Shown: positions 53,979 to 61,859, counted from the stretch's first letter. The stretch is DNA of 64,000 nt from Candidatus Aldehydirespiratoraceae bacterium (GCA_965205465.1 OZ242187.1:2902244-2966243), one strand, 5' to 3'. Notes: a model not told the origin generated them from the letters alone. Numbers and translations are program-made.

Positions 53979-54428
53979 GTGACCGCTATCTCCGAGAGGC
54001 CCGCGATTGTTTCGATCGGCTACGAGCAACGAGATGTCAGCGAACTGATCGGCCTCTTGAAGGCCAACGGGGTCGTGACGCTCGTTGATGTGCGCCTCAA
54101 TCCGGTCTCAAGAAAGAAGGGATTTTCGAAGAAGGCTCTGGCTGCTGCGATGGGCGATGCAGGAATCGAGTATCGCCACGAGCGCGAATTGGGAAACCCC
54201 AAGGAGAACCGTGATCCGTTCAGGCGAGGTCTGGAGTCGGCGCGGCAGAGGTACCGGAGTCACCTTCAAAACGATGGGTGCTCTGCCTACGAACGAGTCA
54301 TCGACCTAGCGAGCACCTCACGGATCGCGCTCCTCTGCTACGAGCGGGACCATGACCAGTGTCACCGATCCTGCATCCTCGAAACCGCGCAAACCGACCA
54401 CCCAACAATCAGCGTCCTCCGACTCTGA
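53979..54428 (+). CDS. DUF488-family protein
   Basis: The sequence IVSIGYEQRDVSELIGLLKANGVVTLVDVRLNPVSRKKGFSKKAL....GIEYRHERELGNP...CYERDHDQCHR is the typical DUF488 pattern. Confidence 0.8.
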   Translation: MTAISERPAIVSIGYEQRDVSELIGLLKANGVVTLVDVRLNPVSRKKGFSKKALAAAMGDAGIEYRHERELGNPKENRDPFRRGLESARQRYRSHLQNDGCSAYERVIDLASTSRIALLCYERDHDQCHRSCILETAQTDHPTISVLRL

Positions 54429-54464
54429 GATGGTAATCATTCCACGGAACCGGCTACCGGCAGA

Positions 54465-54596
54465 GTGACTGCTCGGCGGCTTTGGTATTGAGCTTTTCGG
54501 CCGTGGTGGCGGGGGAACATTACGTGGAGCGGATCCGCGTTTCGAAAGCATTGTGTTGTCACTTTCTTTGAACAGTTGGGATTGGCAGCCAGCGTG
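54465..54596. repeat. Direct repeat copy A (partner at 56215..56333)
   Basis: The core of about 85 nt (GTGACTGCTCGGCGGCTTTGGTATTGAGC...CGCGTTTCGA) matches copy B with 10 substitutions. Similarity decays with indels after that. Confidence 0.85.
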
Positions 54597-54692
54597 AGTT
54601 ACGAAGACCCGCGTCCAGAAGGCCAAAGTAGAGGTTGTAGCCATCAACGTAAGCGATCACCCGTTCGATTCTCATCGATCAATTGAACTTTC

Positions 54693-54722
54693 TTGACGCA
54701 TTGTCATACGGGTTGGTATTGT
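54693..54722 (+). promoter_or_regulatory. Sigma-70-like promoter candidate
   Basis: TTGACG (54693-98), an 18-nt spacer, then TATTGT (54717-22). Confidence 0.35.
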
Positions 54723-54728
54723 GGTCTG

Positions 54729-54838
54729 TAACCCCCCCAGGGTGAGTAACCCTGGGTCGACGGCTCCGGCTTGCAGCCGGGGCTGTCTAGTTTTTCGGCC
54801 TTGCGCGGCCATGCTTAGCCAGGCCGAAGGCCTTTTGT
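54729..54838 (+). ncRNA. Candidate structured small RNA (three hairpins plus U-tract)
   Basis: Hairpin 1 is CCCAGGG-7nt-CCCTGGG (54736-56). Hairpin 2 is GGCTCCGGC-TTGCA-GCCGGGGCT (54762-84). Hairpin 3 is TTCGGCCT..AGGCCGAA, or AGGCC-GAA-GGCCT, followed by TTTTGTT (54794-54838). No credible ORF. Confidence 0.3.
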
Positions 54839-55007
54839 TCGTTGATCGCACAGCTATCACCGTCATCCACATAACTCCTCCGCCGGATTCGCTACCTACC
54901 GCTCGCCGAGCACTGTGCATTCCGTCCTTGTCGGTAGGTTGCTCACGCTATCGGTTGCCTGGTGAATGTGAGCTTGACCCTCGGGAAGCCGATGTGGCGA
55001 GCGGACC

Positions 55008-56036
55008 CTAGTCCTGGGAGCGTTGGATTATCTGACGTCTCGCCTCCCCGCGGTGGATCGCGTGTGCGATGTGGTCAGAGGTAACGCACTTGTCGAGGCG
55101 GCGCACCATTACTCGGATGGCATCGAGGGCCACCGCCTCCACTTCAGCCGCGCTGAATTCTTCCATTTTCTGTGCGGCTCCAGTCAGATCGAAGTCGCAC
55201 CGCACCGATCTCAGCTTCAACGCCAGAATCTCGGATCGGGCGGTCTGGTCGGGAGACTCGAACTCGACTATCTCGTCGAATCTTCGCCAGACTGCGGAGT
55301 CCAGCAGCGTGGGGTGATTCGAGGTGGCTATGAAGAGCGAGTCGCTTCGGTGATCATCCACGACCTGCAGCATCGCGGCGACTACCCGACGCAACTCGCC
55401 ATGATCGGCCCGATCGCCTCGTTCCCGCCCGAGCATGTCGAACTCATCGAAAATCAAGACCCAGGATCCCACATCGAGAAAACTGAAGATCTGTTCAAGG
55501 TGCCGTGCTGTTTCACCCAAGTATGACGAGACGATTGTGGCCAACCGAACACGAGCGATGGGTAGCCCGAGTTGCGCCGCGGTGGCCTCGGCGCTGGCTG
55601 ACTTACCGCTTCCTGGGGGGCCTACCAAGAGTACGCTCGACCGTGGTGAGACTCCGTGTGCCCGCATTGCTGATCGTTGACGGAACTCTTCGACCAGCGA
55701 CTCGAACACGCTGACCACCGAGTCGGGCAGAACCAAGTCATGGAACGACACGCGTGGTTCCTCCAGCGAGATCAGTGGGAGGTCGTCGCGAGTCTTGGGC
55801 AGGGGTCGTAGCGAAGAAACCTGGGGAGGTCTCCGCCGGTGGCCGGGTTCTTCGAGGATCGCTTCAAGCTGCTCGGCGACGAGATCGTGCCGTTTGCGCC
55901 TCTCGTCATCGATCAATTCTTTCGCAGCGCGCTGAAACCCAGCATCGTCGCCCCGCTGATGACTGCGGAGCAGCGCTTTCACCAAGTCACTGCGTGCCAC
56001 GCCATGAACATACTCGCGCACTGTGCCACCGACCAC
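55008..56036 (-). CDS. Classical AAA+ ATPase with helical N-terminal region (orphan)
   Basis: Walker A LLVGPPGSGKSASAE, Walker B VLIFDEFDML, sensor-1 IATSN, arginine finger region SAVWRRFDE. GTG start. Confidence 0.85.
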   Translation of the reverse strand: MVGGTVREYVHGVARSDLVKALLRSHQRGDDAGFQRAAKELIDDERRKRHDLVAEQLEAILEEPGHRRRPPQVSSLRPLPKTRDDLPLISLEEPRVSFHDLVLPDSVVSVFESLVEEFRQRSAMRAHGVSPRSSVLLVGPPGSGKSASAEATAAQLGLPIARVRLATIVSSYLGETARHLEQIFSFLDVGSWVLIFDEFDMLGRERGDRADHGELRRVVAAMLQVVDDHRSDSLFIATSNHPTLLDSAVWRRFDEIVEFESPDQTARSEILALKLRSVRCDFDLTGAAQKMEEFSAAEVEAVALDAIRVMVRRLDKCVTSDHIAHAIHRGEARRQIIQRSQD

Positions 56037-56214
56037 GCGGAGGGTTGACTACATGGTCTGCCGGTTCTTCATCGTTCCGAGGACCGCAAACGCATCGCAG
56101 AACTAAACGGAATGGAACCCATGAATTCCAGCCCGCATCGTTCCCGTTCGAAAGACCCGGCGAAACTCTCGCTCGAACCGACAGCTAGGGGTTCCCGGCG
56201 AGACGAGTGTTTTT

Positions 56215-56333
56215 GTGACTGCTTGGAGGCTTTGGTATTGAGGTTTTTGGGCGTGGTGGCGGGGGGACATTCCGCGGAGCGGCTCCGCGTTTCGAGCGCT
56301 TTGTCCCGCGAGTTTGCCGGTCAGCCATGCGTG
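56215..56333. repeat. Direct repeat copy B (partner at 54465..54596)
   Basis: Same orientation as copy A, 1750 bp away. Contains the palindrome CGCGGAGC-G-GCTCCGCG (56273-89). Confidence 0.85.
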
Positions 56334-56727
56334 GGAGACTATCAGATACCTCGTCCTGCCGTCGAACCAGCCGTCTCCTACGGGTGTGCCGAGGCGACCG
56401 GTGAGGCCTCGAAGGCCGGTCCATCAGTCCAACCTCGCCCGCCGCAGTTTGAGCTGAAGCGGTGGTTGCGCCGGTAGCACGTGAAATCAGAGAGCAGAGC
56501 GACGCGAGAGTGAAGGCTGTTCTTCGAGGGTTCTCGCCTAAAGCGGAAGTTCGCGGCCCATTCCGGGCAGACTCTCTACGGATTTGAGTTCAGGCGGGGA
56601 GGGTTTGATGACTGCGAGCAAGAAGAAGCAGAAGAAGAAACAGGAACGGCGGCGGTAGCGCGACGAAGCTGAACTGGCCGGGGCGAGGGTTGCGTACGAG
56701 TCTGGGGTTCACTGGCTAGATGCCAAC

Positions 56728-57159
56728 GTGAGGGCCTTGGAAGCGCTCCGGACACGGTCGCTCGCACTGGTCTCGATTGTTCTCATTGCGGCCACTGTCG
56801 TGGCAAACCTTGCTCCAGATGCAGTCGAGCAGGATGCTCTAGGATTCCGGGGTTGGCTGGGAGCCGTGACATTCGCTTTTGGCACGGCAGCGGTATTCGT
56901 GACGAGCGCGTGCGTGTCGTGGCCTGCCGTGTTCACCGCAGAGCTTGGCCCAATGAAGATCATCAAGGCGCATGTAGATCTTCACCTGACGTCGCCCTCC
57001 GCAAAGCTATACAAAGCGCTCGCGAAAGACCTGGACGGTTACGCCAAGAAGTCGCGAGAGACGCTCCGTAGGCGCGCCCAGTTCTATACGGTGGGCATTG
57101 TCGCGGCAGGCGTGGCAGTGGCTGGGATCGCGCTATTCTGGGCCGATGCCACCTTCTGA
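56728..57159 (+). CDS. Small three-TM hypothetical protein
   Basis: 143 aa from GTG (frame open from 56659). Predicted helices are SLALVSIVLIAATVVANLA, GWLGAVTFAFGTAAVFVTSACVSW and FYTVGIVAAGVAVAGIALFWA, with an amphipathic linker. Confidence 0.5.
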   Translation: MRALEALRTRSLALVSIVLIAATVVANLAPDAVEQDALGFRGWLGAVTFAFGTAAVFVTSACVSWPAVFTAELGPMKIIKAHVDLHLTSPSAKLYKALAKDLDGYAKKSRETLRRRAQFYTVGIVAAGVAVAGIALFWADATF

Positions 57160-57635
57160 AGCTGAATCCACACGACTGTCCCGCCGGAACCGCAACGGCA
57201 ACGGCACAGGCGAAGACGAAACGCGCGGACGCCGTAGGCCAGCCTCAAAGAAGGCGACTTCACGGAGCCAGGTCGAAGGTGTGGGCGAGGCCGAGGTGCG
57301 TAGCCGCAATCCTGACGGCCCAGTACACACCAGAGAAGCAACCGACGGCTGAACCTAGGAGCACCGCTGTTCAAACTTGCACGGCGGTTCCCGGTACCTC
57401 GGAGCGATAGCTGCGGCTTCTGCGCCCTGAGTATCTGGATGGTGAGGTAGATGGACGGGACTGCCGGTTCTTTTTGAATCCAACGTGTGGTCACGGCCCA
57501 GTCGCGTCTGCCGTCGATCCAACCCTTGGTGGACAGATGAGCTAGGTGTCGGTTCGCGTGAGGTTCGACCTAGTCGGTGGTGCGGTTGTCGCAACGCAAC
57601 TGAATCGCTGCCAGGAACTCTTCGTCGCTATCGCT

Positions 57636-57902
57636 TCATCGATTGCGGTAGACGTCGCGGCGATGGGCGACCCTCACGACTTGTACGACTAGGCGCCTGT
57701 CGATCACCTCATAGATGATCCGGTAGTCTCCGACGCGCACCCGGTAAACGGAGTCCTCCCCGACCAGAGCGACGCATCGAGGTGGCCGCGGCTCGGTGGC
57801 CAAGAGGTCTATCGCAGTTCGAACCCTGATCTGATCGTTACGCGGCAGCCGAGCGATCGACCGGACCGCGCGCCTGGCGATCTCAACTTGGTACCGCTTC
57901 AC
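57636..57902 (-). CDS. RelE/ParE-family type II toxin
   Basis: 88 aa. The pattern ..LPRNDQIRVRTAIDLLATEP..YRVRVGDYRIIYEVIDRRLVVQVVRVAHRRDVY is typical. Confidence 0.8.
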   Translation of the reverse strand: MKRYQVEIARRAVRSIARLPRNDQIRVRTAIDLLATEPRPPRCVALVGEDSVYRVRVGDYRIIYEVIDRRLVVQVVRVAHRRDVYRNR

Positions 57903-58150
57903 TAAAGGCCCAGCGCGGCCTTGACATCATCCCAAGGAACGTAGTCATCGTCGATCCGCGCGGCGGCGAGTTCACGGCGGTCTTCGACATCGTCAGCGTG
58001 GTCGACGAGCCGGTCGAATGAATCGATGTCGAGGATCACCGCTACCCGTCGGCCGCGCCGAGTCACCATGACCGGCTCGGCTGACCTGCGTGCCTCCTCG
58101 AGCACTTCGGCCAGTCGGCTCCGTGCTTCGCTCACCGCTACCTCGTTCAT
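57902..58150 (-). CDS. Phd/YefM-family antitoxin
   Basis: Start at the internal ATG gives MNEVAVSEARSRLAEVLEEARRSAEPVMVTRRGRRVAVILDIDSF... Its TAG stop overlaps the toxin GTG by 1 nt. Confidence 0.75.
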   Translation of the reverse strand: MNEVAVSEARSRLAEVLEEARRSAEPVMVTRRGRRVAVILDIDSFDRLVDHADDVEDRRELAAARIDDDYVPWDDVKAALGL

Positions 58151-58368
58151 GTACGAATCGTACATATCAACCGCCGACGGATCAACTCTGGGTTCCATCG
58201 GCGAACTGTCTGGTGTCATCGAACCGGTCCAGCACACGACGCGTGCCACGCCGCCGTTTCCATGTCATTCGGTGGTGCCACCAGCCTCGGCTACGCCCTG
58301 GATGCTACTGGCCATCGAGGGGCCGTGAGCGGCGACATCGTGCCCGCTTAGTAGCCGGTTCGTGACTG

Positions 58369-59241
58369 CTAGAGCCCGTCCGGTGCGGCGGAGCGCGTGT
58401 TTGGCTCGTGCTCGCTGGTGATGGCTGCTACTGCCTCTGCGATGGACTGATGGTAGGTCGACGGCCCCCACAGCGGCTCAGACGAATCGCGTGACGGTCG
58501 CACTCTGAGCGCGTCGAGGTCTCGGCCGTGTGCGTCCCAGATGCGTAGTGTCTCCCATCCGATCATGATCGGGATCGGTGGTGCTGGGGCGAATAGCTCG
58601 CCGTCATGTGTGTGCCGCTCGTCGCCCCACCACGGGTTGCCGTACGACTCGACACGTTCCGCTACGGCTTCGTGCCACGGCTGGTCGGAGACGCGCTCGG
58701 CAAGTTTGGATCGCATCCAGTTACTGATCCTCGACCACGGTCCGTAATGAGCACTGCACATGAGTCCTCCCCAGGTCATCGGCGGGGCGTGCTGACCGCA
58801 GAATGTGCACGGCATCGGCGGCGATCCGCCCGGCGGCGGTTCGTGCTGTGCTATGAGACGGTCTGGCGAGCCCCTGTTCACCGAGACGCAGAGACCGTCG
58901 AAAGTGTCTGCCATCGTCCAACGCACTAGAGCGCTCTCGGAGCGGCGAGCGTCGGCCAGCGTGTCGCATCGCTTGACGGCGCGGATGGTCTTGGTGGCGT
59001 TCTGCCAAGCAGGCTGCGCCACCATCCCCGACACAGCCGCTCCGTCGTGTCCGCTTAGTCGTTTGGCGAGCATCTGTTCGTCGGTCTCGTCGTCGCCACC
59101 GCTTGTCTGCCCGACGTACACCATCACCTTCCGTGCGTCGGTCGCATCGGAGTAATTGACTGTCTGGCCCTCGTAGAGAGCCGACCCTTGCACGGGCTCT
59201 GTGGTCTCTGCGGTGATCTCGTAGATGAGCCAGCGGGTCAC
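58369..59241 (-). CDS. GIY-YIG-like nuclease domain protein with Cys/His-rich C-terminal half
   Basis: N-terminal elements in GIY-YIG order: WLIYEI...VYVGQTSG...LAKRLSGH...ARRSESALVRW...SVNRGS. CTFCGQH..CSAH then follows. GTG start overlaps the stop of the upstream remnant ORF. Confidence 0.5.
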   Translation of the reverse strand: MTRWLIYEITAETTEPVQGSALYEGQTVNYSDATDARKVMVYVGQTSGGDDETDEQMLAKRLSGHDGAAVSGMVAQPAWQNATKTIRAVKRCDTLADARRSESALVRWTMADTFDGLCVSVNRGSPDRLIAQHEPPPGGSPPMPCTFCGQHAPPMTWGGLMCSAHYGPWSRISNWMRSKLAERVSDQPWHEAVAERVESYGNPWWGDERHTHDGELFAPAPPIPIMIGWETLRIWDAHGRDLDALRVRPSRDSSEPLWGPSTYHQSIAEAVAAITSEHEPNTRSAAPDGL

Positions 59242-59378
59242 GAGATTAGTCCGTTGCGGCGGAGCACTCGTCGCGCCGCTGATGACTGCGGAGAAGCGCC
59301 CTTCACCAAGTCACTGCGTGCCACGTCATGAACATACTCGCACGGTGTGTCACCCACCACGCGGAGGGTGAACCACAT
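59238..59378 (-). pseudogene. Duplicated, frameshifted 5' end of the AAA+ ATPase gene (acts as a 46-codon upstream ORF)
   Basis: Positions 59268..59382 match 55945..56058 at roughly 88% by eye. The peptide ..VVGDTPCEYVHDVARSDLVKG.. compares with the AAA+ N-terminus MVGGTVREYVHGVARSDLVKA... A 1-nt indel then changes the frame. Confidence 0.6.
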
Positions 59379-59474
59379 GGTCGCAGCAGACCCAGCGGCG
59401 CGCCGCCGGCCTCTAGTCCTGCACCCTCGACCCGAGTAGGTCGTTGGACAAGGGCCTCAGGGTACGATCGCGGA

Positions 59475-60311
59475 ATGGCCAAAGATACGATCCCGCTGTT
59501 CACTGCCGATGTTCTGCGCGGCATCACCGATGTGTTGGGAGCGACCGACGACGGACTTACGGGGTCGGAGATCGCGCACAATTTGGCCCAGGCTCGCGTC
59601 CTCGACGTCAATCGAGGAATGACGAAGCGTCACAGACTGTTCAACGCCCTAGCCGAGCGGCAAAACAAGGATCGGGTCGGCAACTGCGTAGTGGCGTTCA
59701 TGACCGAATCCATGTCACCGGTGCACTACCGCAACGATCCCGCTGGTTTCTCTCGGCGGCAGGCCGACCTCAACGAGGTGTTGGTATTCGCTGGGTATCG
59801 CATCAACGACGAAGGCAAAGTAGAACGGCCCCGTAGCGGTAAGGCGTCGACCCTTGACGAGGCGGCGGAGCGCGCGAACACAATCCGCGTCGAACTGCGT
59901 CGTCGAGACACGCATCCAGACCTGTTGCGCTACTGCACCGTCGAACTATTGATGAAGAACAACTTCCACGCTCTATTGGAAGCGTCAAAGAGCATGCCTG
60001 ATCGAATCCGGTTGATGACGGGCGAGACCAGCGATGGAGCGGAGCTGATCCAGGCCACGGTTACGTCTTCGAGCGGACCGCTGGTGGCTATCAACGCTGG
60101 AGCAACAGAGACTGATCGGAAAGAGCAGTCAGGGTTCGCCAATCTGATCATCGGCCTCATCGGTCTTTACCGCAACCCGACGGCTCACGATCCCAAACTC
60201 CATCGGACCGTAACCGACGAAGAACTTCTTGAGGCTCTGACGACGATGTCGATGGTGCACCGCCGACTTGACGACGCATCCTTGGACACGACAGTGAATG
60301 CGGACCGTTAG
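59475..60311 (+). CDS. TIGR02391 (Hypoth_Ymh) family protein with N-terminal extension
   Basis: The C-terminal half reads HPDLLRYCTVELLMKNNFHALLEASKSMPDRIR..TSDGAELIQ...EQSGFANLIIGLIGLYRNPTAHDPK...EALTTMSMVHRRLDDA. Start taken at ATG 59475. Confidence 0.75.
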   Translation: MAKDTIPLFTADVLRGITDVLGATDDGLTGSEIAHNLAQARVLDVNRGMTKRHRLFNALAERQNKDRVGNCVVAFMTESMSPVHYRNDPAGFSRRQADLNEVLVFAGYRINDEGKVERPRSGKASTLDEAAERANTIRVELRRRDTHPDLLRYCTVELLMKNNFHALLEASKSMPDRIRLMTGETSDGAELIQATVTSSSGPLVAINAGATETDRKEQSGFANLIIGLIGLYRNPTAHDPKLHRTVTDEELLEALTTMSMVHRRLDDASLDTTVNADR

Positions 60312-60383
60312 CCTGTCTCGGACAGTGGACGAAGCCTAGACTTGAACTGAACTCTCGTCGGGCGTGCATAGAAGGGAGCGATC

Positions 60384-61859
60384 GTGAATCAAGCGGATCT
60401 CCGACTCGTCGTTGACAATCTCGGGCCGATCCGGCATGCCGATGTCGCGCTTCGACCTCTCACCGTGTTGATCGGACGAAACAACACAGGCAAGACCTAC
60501 TTGGCCCAGGCGCTTTATGCCGCGCACAAAGCGATTGACCCTTTTCCGCGGCGCAGACCGGAGACTCTAGCTGTCAGCGAGTTTGAAGCCTTAAGGGCGG
60601 TACTTGTACCTCTCATGGCATCAGAACACACCGAGCCATCTCTCCGGGTCAATGATCTGCCTCCGGAATTGCAGAAAAAGATGACAGAAGCCGTTCGTAG
60701 CGCGCTCAAAGACACCGGCGCGAGGCTTGAGCAACGGCTATCCGCCTATTTCGGAGTATCCGATCTCGTCGATATCACGAGGTGGGGTGCGAACAACATC
60801 ATCGTGAGATTATTGAATGACAAAGACGATGCACTTTTGTTTGATAGCAAAGGCAACGCATCGGTAGACCCGTCCGCGGTGCTGTCGATGTTTATTGATG
60901 ATGAGGAGGCTCTTGGATTTCCACCCTTAGCGAGGTTGCTCACCCATAATGGCGACGACCAAGACAACGAGATCTTTCGACAGGAACTATCTTGGATCCT
61001 TGTTTCAAAGGTTTGGCAAGGATACATAAGGCAAGCACATCTTGGCGGGTTGGCCCACTATCTTCCTGCTGGCCGGTCGGGTTTGCTGCACGCTTGGACT
61101 GATGTCGTGAAGTTACGTCTGCAGCTAGAGAGAGATCGCTACGGTCTGGTCAGACCGGATTCGGATCTGGGTGGTGTTGCGCTTGATTTCATTTCGTCAT
61201 TGGCAGATGTGCTCGGAAGAGGTCCTCGGTACGGTTACGGGAGGCAACTCTCGCTGTTTCATGATGAAGGATCACGCAAGAATCCTGAATCACTTGCCCT
61301 CTTGCAGGAACTAATGGACGGCAAGATCTTGGCTGGATCGGAAACTGATATGGTTCCCACTCTCGAATATGAGCAAGACGGCCATCAGTTGCCAATCCGC
61401 CGAGCTTCGTCGATGGTTGCCGACTTAGCACCGCTGGCTATGTGGATTGATAGGCTCATCCGTCCCGGGGATTTGCTCGTTATCGATGAACCTGAATCGC
61501 ACCTGCACCCCGAAGCCATCCGTCTGGTTGCTCGTGTTCTGGTGCGACTTGTCAATGAGAACGTGCGGGTCGTGTGCGCCACTCACAGTTCTGTTTTGTT
61601 GCACGAACTCACGAACTGCATCCTGAGGAGCCAGCTGAGCAAATCAGAGCGAGATTCGCAAGATGAGTTCACCCAAGGGGATATCCTGGCTCTTGAAGAC
61701 ATCGCAGTTCACCGTTTCCGTCGCTCCAGTCCTGCTGATCCCGTGGAGGTGGAACAGGTCAATATTGAGCCTGATTGGGGTATACCCGAGGACGAATATG
61801 TGGAGGTGGCTGGTGACTTGTCAGACGAGACTGCACGCCTCATTGATTTGCTCGCGTGA
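60384..61859 (+). CDS. ABC-type (SMC/RecF-like, AAA_15/21-class) ATPase
   Basis: Walker A VLIGRNNTGKTY, a roughly 200-aa helical insert, signature-like LPAGRSGLLH, Walker B LLVIDEPESHLHP, H-loop VVCATHS. GAAGGGA SD sequence before the GTG start. Confidence 0.85.
   Translation: MNQADLRLVVDNLGPIRHADVALRPLTVLIGRNNTGKTYLAQALYAAHKAIDPFPRRRPETLAVSEFEALRAVLVPLMASEHTEPSLRVNDLPPELQKKMTEAVRSALKDTGARLEQRLSAYFGVSDLVDITRWGANNIIVRLLNDKDDALLFDSKGNASVDPSAVLSMFIDDEEALGFPPLARLLTHNGDDQDNEIFRQELSWILVSKVWQGYIRQAHLGGLAHYLPAGRSGLLHAWTDVVKLRLQLERDRYGLVRPDSDLGGVALDFISSLADVLGRGPRYGYGRQLSLFHDEGSRKNPESLALLQELMDGKILAGSETDMVPTLEYEQDGHQLPIRRASSMVADLAPLAMWIDRLIRPGDLLVIDEPESHLHPEAIRLVARVLVRLVNENVRVVCATHSSVLLHELTNCILRSQLSKSERDSQDEFTQGDILALEDIAVHRFRRSSPADPVEVEQVNIEPDWGIPEDEYVEVAGDLSDETARLIDLLA

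Noticed and set aside
54318-54647. ORF 54318..54647(-) and ORF 56185..56424(-), which share the Pro-rich tail KRGxAPRNVPPPPRPKxSIPKPPSSH, considered as intact genes
   Set aside because: Only the roughly 28 shared residues are conserved, and the upstream parts are non-homologous and Arg-rich. One ORF runs antisense into the DUF488 gene. They are kept only as repeat or gene-fragment scars.
54655-54685. tRNA-like T-loop sequence GTTCGATTC
   Set aside because: The flanking bases cannot form a T-stem (ACCCG against CTCAT). No acceptor or anticodon arms could be drawn on either strand.
57160-57635. ORFs 57084..57494(-), 57098..57352(+) and 57355..57594(-) in the gap between the TM gene and relE
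   Set aside because: All are Arg/Pro-rich and mutually overlapping, with no recognisable motif. The region is treated as non-coding or degraded sequence.
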